From Myxococcota bacterium (GTDB taxonomy: Bacteria > Myxococcota_A > UBA9160 > JAFDDA01): a stretch of 64,000 bases of DNA. Where the stretch lies: NCBI GenBank assembly GCA_965228475.1, contig OZ245817.1, positions 1 to 64,000 of the forward strand, in the 5' to 3' direction. The translations under genes and the position numbers were made by a program. The notes under the pieces are model-generated. The model was given only the letters and a program-made list of their open reading frames with translations, was not told the DNA's origin and searched no databases. This document shows positions 56,146 through 64,000 of the stretch, in pieces (position 1 is the first letter of the stretch; each line of letters starts with the position of its first letter).

Positions 56146-58509
56146 TCACTCCCGCGTCTTCAAGACCGCGATCAGGTCGAGGTGGTCGATGCGGCGGCGC
56201 ACGATCCAGGCGCTCGCTGCGGCAGCGACCACGATCGCCGCTGCGGAGAACGCATAGGTCCGCCCGCTCACCAGGAGCGGCACGCGGAAGGCTTCCGTCG
56301 CCATGGCCTCGACGACCGCGAAGGAAAGGGCATAGCCGATGAGCCAGCCGAGCGGAATCGCCGCGAGGGTCACGACGGCCTGCTCGCCGAGCAGTAGCGC
56401 GGAGACCTCGCTCCTCCGGAAGCCGATCACGCGCAGGCTCGCGAGCTCCCGGCCGCGCTCCGAGAGGGCGATCCGCGCCCCGTTGTAGACCACCGCCACG
56501 GCGATCACCCCCGCAAAGCCGAGCAGGAAGGCGACGGAGACGAACAGGCTCTCGGCCATCTGCTTCTCGAAGGTCGCGAGCATCGATGCGGGGGCGGCCA
56601 CCGACGCGACGGCCGGGACTTCCTTCAGCGAATGGCTGAGGGCCGCCCTTCGTTCGTCTTCGACGAGCAGGTGTGCGCCCGTGACGCGGCCGGGCTCGCG
56701 GGAGAGGCGTTCGAGCGCGTCCCGGTTCATCGTGGCGGAGAGCCCCATGAAGTCGTCGACGGTTCCGGCCACCCGGACCGTGCCGTGTTCGCGGCGGCCC
56801 TCGAGCAGCTCGACGATCAGCTCGTCGCCCGGCCCGACGGCGAGCTTCTCCGCGAGGTAACTCGAGAGCACGACGCCCTCGCTCGGGAGCGGGTGCACGC
56901 GGCGGTCCAGGGAAACGATCCGGCGCAGGCGGCCCTCCGGCTCACGGCCCTCGAGGCCGACCTCGCGCTCGCGGTGCCCGGAGCGGAGCCGCGCCGGAAT
57001 CACGCGGAACGTCTCGACCCGCGTCACGCCCTCCATGCGCCGCAGGTCGTTGTGGACGCGCGAGGGCCGGTCCTGCTCGAAGGTCACGGTCATGTCTTCC
57101 CGTTGGATCTCGTTGAACTGGAGATCCATCATGTAGGCCACGCCGTCGAACATGAAGAACCCGATCAGCAGGATGGCGACGGAGAAGGCCACGCCCACCG
57201 AGGAAAGGATGGCGCGCACCGGACGCCGCTCGAAGTTCCGCAGGGTCATGCGGCTCGCGGGGGAGAGCCAGCCGCCGGCGCCGAGGCGCTCGAGCGGGCC
57301 GGCGTGGAAGCGGGCCGGGGGTTCCGGGCGCATGGCTTCGGCCGGCGGCAGGTTCACGGCCTTGCGGACCGCGCCGAGCGCCCCGCCCACCGCCGCGAGC
57401 AGGCTGACCGCGGTGGCCCCCGCCAGGAGCGAAGGGCTCAGCCGGTACACGAGGCTCGGGAAGTCGAAGTACTGGCCGTAGAAGCCGAGGTAGCCGCGGC
57501 CGAGCCACGCGCCTCCGGCCGCGCCGAGCACCACGCCCGCGACGACGGCCACCAGGGCGAAGCTCAGGTAGTGGAAGCCGACCTGTCGGTCCGTGTACCC
57601 GAACGCCTTCAGCACGGCGATCTCCGAACGCTGGGTTGCGATCAAACGGCCGAGCACGAGGTTCAGGAGGAAGGCCGCGATCCCGAGGAACACGGCGGGG
57701 ATCACGCTTCCCGTCACGCGGTTCTGATCGAGTTCGCCTTCGAGGATGCGGTGGGAGGGCTGGTCCGCGCGGTCGTAGGCGCCGAGCCCGCCGTAGGGCG
57801 CGAGCAGATCGTCGACGCGATCGATCACGGCGTTCGGGTCCGCGCCGGGGCTGATCCGCAGGAGCGCTTCGTTGAAGGCGCCGTCCATGTCGTAGGCCGG
57901 GCCGAGGTCCGCGCGGCTCATCCACAGCACGCCGTAGCGGTCGTCCTCCGGGAGGAGCCCGCCGGGCGGGGTGGCGTAGGCGTGCTCCGGCGAGAGGGCG
58001 ATCCCCACGATGGAAAGCTCCCGGGCACGGCCGTTGATCACGGCGCGGACCGTATCTCCGGGTTCGTAGCCCCGGGCGTCGGCGAACTTCTTGCTCACGA
58101 GGACTTCGTCGCGCGCGCCCGGCGCGAGGTAGCGTCCGCGGGAGACGTGGACGTCGTTCAGGACGGCGCGCCCGCGCTCCGGCAGCGAGACGAACTGGCC
58201 CTGGGCGGGGACGTCGAGCCCCGGCAGGTCGAGCGTCGCGAGCAGCGTCACGCGCGTGTCGACCGCGGCGACGCCCGGCAGCCGGGCCAGCTTCTCGCGC
58301 ACGGATTCCGGCGCGCGCTTGAGCGGCGCCCACACGTCCGCGAAGCGCATGTCCCGGTAGTAGGCCTGCTGCGTCTCGACCAGACACTCGTAGCTGCCGC
58401 GCATGGTGGCGACGGTCATGATGCCGCTCGCCACCACGAGCCCGATCGAGATCATCTGGCTGCGCAGCCGCCAGAGCTCGCGGAAGAGCTTCCGGTCTAG
58501 CGCCCGCAC
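56146..58509 (-). CDS. ABC transporter permease (FtsX/MacB-like, duplicated)
   Basis: [38 protein letters not shown]. Confidence 0.88.
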   Translation of the reverse strand: MRALDRKLFRELWRLRSQMISIGLVVASGIMTVATMRGSYECLVETQQAYYRDMRFADVWAPLKRAPESVREKLARLPGVAAVDTRVTLLATLDLPGLDVPAQGQFVSLPERGRAVLNDVHVSRGRYLAPGARDEVLVSKKFADARGYEPGDTVRAVINGRARELSIVGIALSPEHAYATPPGGLLPEDDRYGVLWMSRADLGPAYDMDGAFNEALLRISPGADPNAVIDRVDDLLAPYGGLGAYDRADQPSHRILEGELDQNRVTGSVIPAVFLGIAAFLLNLVLGRLIATQRSEIAVLKAFGYTDRQVGFHYLSFALVAVVAGVVLGAAGGAWLGRGYLGFYGQYFDFPSLVYRLSPSLLAGATAVSLLAAVGGALGAVRKAVNLPPAEAMRPEPPARFHAGPLERLGAGGWLSPASRMTLRNFERRPVRAILSSVGVAFSVAILLIGFFMFDGVAYMMDLQFNEIQREDMTVTFEQDRPSRVHNDLRRMEGVTRVETFRVIPARLRSGHREREVGLEGREPEGRLRRIVSLDRRVHPLPSEGVVLSSYLAEKLAVGPGDELIVELLEGRREHGTVRVAGTVDDFMGLSATMNRDALERLSREPGRVTGAHLLVEDERRAALSHSLKEVPAVASVAAPASMLATFEKQMAESLFVSVAFLLGFAGVIAVAVVYNGARIALSERGRELASLRVIGFRRSEVSALLLGEQAVVTLAAIPLGWLIGYALSFAVVEAMATEAFRVPLLVSGRTYAFSAAAIVVAAAASAWIVRRRIDHLDLIAVLKTRE

Positions 58510-58528
58510 GCCGTCCGCCCGGTTCGGC

Positions 58529-59260
58529 TCACCACGCGATCTCCTCGATGCCGGCGCGGCGTTCGTTGCGGGTGCGTTCGGCGATCTCACCGCTTCGCAT
58601 GCGCAGGACCGAGTCTCCGAGCCCGGCGATGGCGGCGTTGTGGGTGATGATCGCGGTGGTGGTTCCCGTTTCCCGGTTCACGCGCTCGAGCACGGAGAGG
58701 ACGAGCTTTCCGGTCTCGGCGTCGAGCGCCCCGGTGGGCTCGTCGCACAGCAGGACGTCGGGCTGCTTCGCCACGGCGCGAGCGATGGCGACGCGCTGCT
58801 GCTCGCCGCCCGAGAGCTGCGCGGGGAAATGGTTCAGACGCTCTTCGAGGCCGACCATGGCGAGCGCTTCTTCGGGCGGCATCGGCCGCGGGGCGACGTC
58901 GGTCACCAGGGCGACGTTCTCCCGGGCCGTGAGGCTCGGGATCAGGTTGTAGAACTGGAAGACGAAGCCCACGTGCTGGCGGCGGTACTCGGTCAAGCCG
59001 TCGTCGTCGAGGGCGGAGAGTTCTTCGTCGCGGTAGTGGAGGGTGCCGCTCGTCGGGAGGTCGAGGCCGCCGAGGATGTTCAGCAGGGTCGACTTGCCGC
59101 TCCCGGAGGCGCCGAGCAGGACGAGGAGTTCGCCGGCGAAGAGGTCGACGTCGACGGAGCGCAGGGCGTGCACCGTGACTTCGCCCATTTCGTAGATCTT
59201 CGAGACGCCGCGCGCCCGGAGGACGGACGGGCCGGACGGCTCTCGGCTCGGCTCGGACAT
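58529..59260 (-). CDS. ABC transporter ATP-binding protein (LolD/MacB-like)
   Basis: [27 protein letters not shown]. Confidence 0.93.
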   Translation of the reverse strand: MSEPSREPSGPSVLRARGVSKIYEMGEVTVHALRSVDVDLFAGELLVLLGASGSGKSTLLNILGGLDLPTSGTLHYRDEELSALDDDGLTEYRRQHVGFVFQFYNLIPSLTARENVALVTDVAPRPMPPEEALAMVGLEERLNHFPAQLSGGEQQRVAIARAVAKQPDVLLCDEPTGALDAETGKLVLSVLERVNRETGTTTAIITHNAAIAGLGDSVLRMRSGEIAERTRNERRAGIEEIAW

Positions 59261-59303
59261 CGTCACACCGGGAAGGTACCGAAAGGGGTCTGCGCGCGTC
59301 GGG

Positions 59304-61223
59304 TCAGGGCTTGCGCAGGACGCGCACGTCGCCGCGCCGCGCGGTCAGCTTCTCTTCGTCGAAGAGTTCCATCAGCGGGACGACGTGCTTGCGGGTCGCC
59401 CCGATCAGGCCCTTGTAGGTGGCGGTGTCGATCTCGCCCGTCTCGGCGAGATGGGCCCGCACGCGGTCGCGCAGGCCGTCGACGGCGCCGGCATGGAAGA
59501 AGAGGTCCCCGGGCGCGCGCACGATCTCGCCCGTGCGTTCGAGCCAGGCCAGGAGGTCGCGCAGGCGCGGTTCCGCGATGCCGAGCTGCTCGCACCAATC
59601 CCGGAGGGTCGGCGGAGTGAGCGCCGTCGCCTCCATCTGCTGGCGAAGTGTGGCAACGAGTCCCTCGTCTTCGGTCGAGAGCTGCGGCTCGTGGGAGGCG
59701 AGCCGAACGAGCTTGCCTTCGAGACGAACCCGATCGGCTTCGGCGAGCCGGGCGAGCGCCGCGTCGGCGACCTCCGGTGGGACGTTCTCGGGGAGCGCGC
59801 CGCGCAGCGAAGCGAGCGGCATGCCGGGGAGCAGCGGCTCTGCTTCGTGAAAGCGCGCGAGCACCGACTCGAGGATCGGCGCGAGCTTCTCGGGGACGCT
59901 CTCCGAGAGCCAAAGGGCACCGCGCGTGCGCGTGGCACCGGGGAGGGTCTCGAGTTCGGCTTCGACCGTCTTGGCGTCGAGCCCGGTCCGGTGCGCGAGG
60001 GTCTCGGCGGCGACCCCCGCGAGGCCGGCGCGTTCGACCTGGAGCCGAAGCGTCTCCGCGGGAATTCCCTTCCTGAGGATGGCGAGCTCTTCCGCGAGCC
60101 GCGGCGAGGAGAGCCGGCGGTGGGGCGGTGCGACGTCGAGCACCTCGCCGCCGCCGAGCGTGCGCCCGCCGTCGGCGCCGGGCGAGAAGCCCCGAAGGAC
60201 GAAGCGGTCGCCCGGCAGGAGCGGAAGCCCGGTGTGCTCGAGATGGATCCGGACGAAGCCGTCGCCGCCCGCGGCGATCCCGCCGCCGACCGGGGCGATG
60301 CGGGCGGCGCGTTCCGCCGTTCCGGCGAGGAAGAGCACGGAGGTCGGCCCGTCGAGCGCGGGCGCCTCCCGCAGCCAGGCGACGTGGGCGTCGATCACCC
60401 GGGTCACGCCGACGCGGCCGGACGGTGCGACGGTGGCGCCGCGCGGCGCATCGGCGAGCTCGATGCCCTGGAGGTTCAGCGCGCAGCGCACGCCCGGCTC
60501 CGTGCGCGCGACGGATTCGCTGTGACACTCGATGCCGCGGATACGGCCGCGGGCTCCCCCCGGCAGGACCTCGACGGCGTCGCCCTCGGCGACCGCGCCC
60601 CCGACGAGGGTCCCCGTCACGACCGTGCCGAAGCCCTTCATGACGAAGCTCCGGTCGATGGCGAGGCGTGGCGTTCCGCTGCGGACCGTTCGCGCGGGCG
60701 CCGCGTCCACCGCGGCGAGGAGCTCGGCGCGAAGCGCGTCGATCCCGAGCCCGGACGTCGAGGACGTGTGGACGATCGGCGCGTCGGCGAGCGCGCTGCC
60801 GGCCAGGAGGTCGCGGGCCTCTTCCTCGGCGAGCTCGGCGGTTTCCTCGTCCGCGGCGTCGCACTTGGTGAGGGCGACCACGCCCGAGGTGATGCCGAGC
60901 AGCCGCGCGATGGCGGCGTGCTCGCGGGTCTGGGGCATCACGCCTTCGTCGGCCGCGACCACGAGCAGGAGCACGTCGATCCCCATGGCGCCCGCGACCA
61001 TGGTGCGCACGAGCCCTTCGTGGCCCGGGACGTCGATCACCGAGAGCCGGGTGCCGTCCCCGAGGTCGAGCGGTGCGAAGCCGAGCTCGACCGTGATCCC
61101 GCGCTCCTTCTCCTCGGGCAGGCGATCGCAGTCGATCCCGGTGAGCGCGCGCACGAGCGCGGTCTTCCCGTGGTCGATGTGGCCGGCGGTGCCGAGGATT
61201 CGGTGGCGATGGGGGGCGGGCAT
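59304..61223 (-). CDS. selB: Selenocysteine-specific elongation factor
   Basis: [35 protein letters not shown]-terminal winged helix [13 protein letters not shown]. Confidence 0.95.
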   Translation of the reverse strand: MPAPHRHRILGTAGHIDHGKTALVRALTGIDCDRLPEEKERGITVELGFAPLDLGDGTRLSVIDVPGHEGLVRTMVAGAMGIDVLLLVVAADEGVMPQTREHAAIARLLGITSGVVALTKCDAADEETAELAEEEARDLLAGSALADAPIVHTSSTSGLGIDALRAELLAAVDAAPARTVRSGTPRLAIDRSFVMKGFGTVVTGTLVGGAVAEGDAVEVLPGGARGRIRGIECHSESVARTEPGVRCALNLQGIELADAPRGATVAPSGRVGVTRVIDAHVAWLREAPALDGPTSVLFLAGTAERAARIAPVGGGIAAGGDGFVRIHLEHTGLPLLPGDRFVLRGFSPGADGGRTLGGGEVLDVAPPHRRLSSPRLAEELAILRKGIPAETLRLQVERAGLAGVAAETLAHRTGLDAKTVEAELETLPGATRTRGALWLSESVPEKLAPILESVLARFHEAEPLLPGMPLASLRGALPENVPPEVADAALARLAEADRVRLEGKLVRLASHEPQLSTEDEGLVATLRQQMEATALTPPTLRDWCEQLGIAEPRLRDLLAWLERTGEIVRAPGDLFFHAGAVDGLRDRVRAHLAETGEIDTATYKGLIGATRKHVVPLMELFDEEKLTARRGDVRVLRKP

Positions 61224-61233
61224 GCCGCGGCCG

Positions 61234-62514
61234 CTAGCGGAGCGGTTCGAACGCCTCGCGTCCGACGTAGGGCTGGAGGGCCTTCGGCACGGCGATGCTG
61301 CCGTCGGCGCGCTGGTGGTTCTCGAGCAGCGCGATCAGCCCGCGGGAGTTCGCGACGGCGGTCCCGTTCAGCATGTGGACGATCTCGTTCTTCCCGTTGT
61401 CGCTTCGGCGGTAGCGCACGCGCAGGCGGCGGGCCTGGTAGTCCGTGCAGTTCGAGGCGCTCGTCACCTCGCCCCACTCGCCGCCATCGCCGCGCCCGGG
61501 CATCCAGGCTTCGATGTCGAACTTGCGGTACGCCGGCGCGCCGAGGTCGCCCGAGGCCACGTCGATCACGCGGTAGGGAATCTCGAGCCCCTGGAAGATC
61601 TTCTCTTCGATGCCAAGCAGGTGCTCGTGCATGGCGTCCGATTCGTCGGGCCGCACGAGCGCGAACATCTCGACCTTCGTGAATTGATGCACGCGGTAGA
61701 GGCCCTTGCTCTCGCGTCCGTGAGAACCGGCCTCGGTCCGGAAGCAGTGGGAGATGCCGGCGAGTTTCAGCGGGAGCTCTTCCTCGGGGATGATCTGGTC
61801 TGCGTAGAGACCGCCGAGCGTGATCTCGGCGGTGCCGACGAGGCACAGGTCCGCGTTCGCGATCGAGTAGATCTGGGTCTCCGGGCCGCGGGGCGCGTAG
61901 CCGAGGCCGGCGACGATCTCCGGCCGCGCGACGTCCGGCGTGATGAAGGGCGTGAAGCCGTCGGCGAGCAGGACGTCGAGGGCGTAGCGCTGGAGTCCGA
62001 GCTCGAGCAGCACCGCGGCGTTCTTCAGGTAGTAGAACTTCTGGCCGGCCACGCGCGCGCCCGCTTCGAAGTCGATGCAGTCGTGGCGCTCGGCCAGGCC
62101 GAGGTGGTCGAGGGCGTCGAAGCCGAACTGCGCCGGCTCGCCGACGCGCCGGATCTCGCGGAAGTCCTCCTCGCCGCCGACGGGAACCTCCGGGTGGATG
62201 AAGTTCGGCAGGCCGTCCATGCGTTCTTCGAGCTCGGCGCGGGCCGTGTCGAGCGCGGCTTCGAGCCGCGCCACCTCGTCCTTCAGGCGGCGACCCTCGG
62301 CGGTGTGGGCCTCGCGCTCTTCGGGCTCCATCTTCCGCTTGCCACCCTTCTGGTGGTCGTTGCGGGCGCGGTTGGCCTCGTTCACCGCGGTCTGGGCGCT
62401 GGCCAGCGCCTCCTGGGCGGCGATCGCCGCATCGACGTCGGCATCGACGCCGCGGCGGCGGCAGCTCTCGAGGATGTCCTCGCGGCGTTCCTTCAGATGG
62501 CGGGCGTCGAGCAT
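61234..62514 (-). CDS. serS: Serine--tRNA ligase
   Basis: [41 protein letters not shown]. Confidence 0.97.
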   Translation of the reverse strand: MLDARHLKERREDILESCRRRGVDADVDAAIAAQEALASAQTAVNEANRARNDHQKGGKRKMEPEEREAHTAEGRRLKDEVARLEAALDTARAELEERMDGLPNFIHPEVPVGGEEDFREIRRVGEPAQFGFDALDHLGLAERHDCIDFEAGARVAGQKFYYLKNAAVLLELGLQRYALDVLLADGFTPFITPDVARPEIVAGLGYAPRGPETQIYSIANADLCLVGTAEITLGGLYADQIIPEEELPLKLAGISHCFRTEAGSHGRESKGLYRVHQFTKVEMFALVRPDESDAMHEHLLGIEEKIFQGLEIPYRVIDVASGDLGAPAYRKFDIEAWMPGRGDGGEWGEVTSASNCTDYQARRLRVRYRRSDNGKNEIVHMLNGTAVANSRGLIALLENHQRADGSIAVPKALQPYVGREAFEPLR

Positions 62515-62585
62515 GGGGCGCCAAGCATAGCGGGCCGTTCCGCGCCCGGGGCGGGCTCCGGCGGCACCCGGGCGGCCCAGCCGGG

Positions 62586-63644
62586 CTAGCGCCCGACCAG
62601 CCCCCGGCCCGTGATCATGGGCAGGTCGAGCGCCGTCAGGAACCCGGGCCCGGCCTCGCACACCGCCGGGATCGCGTTCACGATCTTCGTCGCGGTGAGC
62701 AGCACGCCGCCGACGGCGTGGTCGCCGTGTTCGTCCGCCATGTCGAGGGACACCTCGAGCTGGGGGACGCCCTTCATGATGACCTTGTAGCCGCCCTCGC
62801 TCTGGGGCCAGTCCGGCGCGATGTCGTCGTGGAGCCGGGTCACGTGCTCGACCACGATGCGGGCCACGCCGTCGACCCTACCGCGCACCTCGAAGCGCAG
62901 GCCGGCCATGGTGCCCTCGGGCACGTGGCCGATCGGCACGTCGAAGGCCTTCTCGGCGGGCCGGCGCTCGTGCCAGGCCTCGATGCCGTCGAGCTCCAGG
63001 CCGAGACCTTCGGCGATCAGCCGGACCGATCCGCCCCAGGCCATCTCGAGGATGCCGGGGGTCAGCAGCATGGGCGTCGTATCGAGCGGCTTGCCGAAGC
63101 CCATGGTTTCGAAGACCACTTCGGGTTGGTTGTACGTGGCGTAGTTCACGATCTCCTGGACGCGGATCTCGTCGCAGCGTTCGGCGAGGCCCGAGAGCAC
63201 GAGCGGCAGCACGTCGTTCGCGAAGCCCGGGTCGATCCCGTTGGTGAGGAAGGAGGCGTCGCCCTCGCGGCAGGCGTCTTCGATCTTGCGACGGATCTCC
63301 GGCCCCATCCCGTCCGGGTGGACGAGGCTCACGATCGAGGAGGCCACGACGTTCTTGCCCGCGCGCAGGATGCGGCAGACGTCCTCGATCGCCTCCATGA
63401 TGCGGAGGTCCGCGGTGGCCGTGTAGACGACGCAGTCGGCGTCGCTCGCGAGGAGGGCGTCCGCATCGTTCGTCGCGGCGACGCCGCAGGGCTCGAGCCC
63501 GGCCAGCTCGCCGGCATCGCGCCCGGCCTTCTTCTCCGAGTGGACCCAGAGCCCCGCGAGCTCGAGCTCGGGGTGTCCGAGAATGCAGCGAAGGGCGTAG
63601 TGCCCGACGTTTCCGGTACTCCACTGAATCACACGAAGCGGCAC
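62586..63644 (-). CDS. DapB-like / NAD(P)H-dependent amine dehydrogenase family
   Basis: [32 protein letters not shown]. Confidence 0.8.
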   Translation of the reverse strand: MPLRVIQWSTGNVGHYALRCILGHPELELAGLWVHSEKKAGRDAGELAGLEPCGVAATNDADALLASDADCVVYTATADLRIMEAIEDVCRILRAGKNVVASSIVSLVHPDGMGPEIRRKIEDACREGDASFLTNGIDPGFANDVLPLVLSGLAERCDEIRVQEIVNYATYNQPEVVFETMGFGKPLDTTPMLLTPGILEMAWGGSVRLIAEGLGLELDGIEAWHERRPAEKAFDVPIGHVPEGTMAGLRFEVRGRVDGVARIVVEHVTRLHDDIAPDWPQSEGGYKVIMKGVPQLEVSLDMADEHGDHAVGGVLLTATKIVNAIPAVCEAGPGFLTALDLPMITGRGLVGR

Positions 63645-63802
63645 GAGTTCTCCTGTCCCATCGGGGGGTAGGGGTTCGGGCAACAAGGTGGCACGCAGCC
63701 GCCAGGTGACAAGGAGTGCCGCCCAGGGCGGCCGTCACGCCCCGCCTTCGCGCGCAAAACGCCCGCGGCCTTAGGGTAGAATGGCCGCCACGAGGAGACC
63801 CC

Positions 63803-64000
63803 ATGGCCATCGACTTCAGCTTCACCCCGGAAATCGAGCAGGTCCGCCACCAGGTCCAGCGCTTCTGCGCCGAGGTGGTGCGGCCGGCCGAGGCCGCCAT
63901 CGCCGAGAAGGAAGGCGACCGCGAGACGCTGGTGGAGCAGGTGATCAAGATGCGAAAGGCCGCGCTCGAGTGGGGGCTCTGGCTGCCGCACATGCCCGAG
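63803..64000 (+). CDS. Acyl-CoA dehydrogenase, 3'-partial
   Basis: MAIDFSFTPE..RFCAEVVRP..GLWLPHMPE after an aggag RBS; runs off the window. Confidence 0.75.
   Translation, partial: MAIDFSFTPEIEQVRHQVQRFCAEVVRPAEAAIAEKEGDRETLVEQVIKMRKAALEWGLWLPHMPE

Overview
Very GC-rich bacterial chromosome segment whose gene content and style suggest Myxococcota/deltaproteobacteria (inference). Most of it is housekeeping: cobB, nth, mrcA, gshB, ogt, a metB-like gene, feoAB with a Fur-type box, gpsA, a partial nuo operon (A,E,F,G,H,J-N), an ABC exporter, selB and serS. The standout is a lower-GC insert (~35.4-44.0 kb) between gpsA and nuoA. It encodes an iSTAND/MoxR/vWA ternary conflict-system-like operon whose variable domains look like divisome parts: an FtsB-like segment joined through a 1-nt frameshift to DUF4062-iSTAND; a MoxR ATPase; a 1613-aa vWA-type protein with an FtsL-like helix and a catalytically dead FtsI/PBP3 domain; and a degenerate FtsW. 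This may be an undescribed 'decoy divisome' defence system. Also seen: a PEP-CTERM/DUF6916/3x tail-collar/GNAT cassette, a pair of covarying REPIN-like hairpins around a flippase-like/sulfatase-like fusion gene, tiny bridging ORFs at three nuo junctions, and a histone-H1-like protein with a duplicated unknown N-domain. All family calls come from motif recognition by eye; no database search was run.
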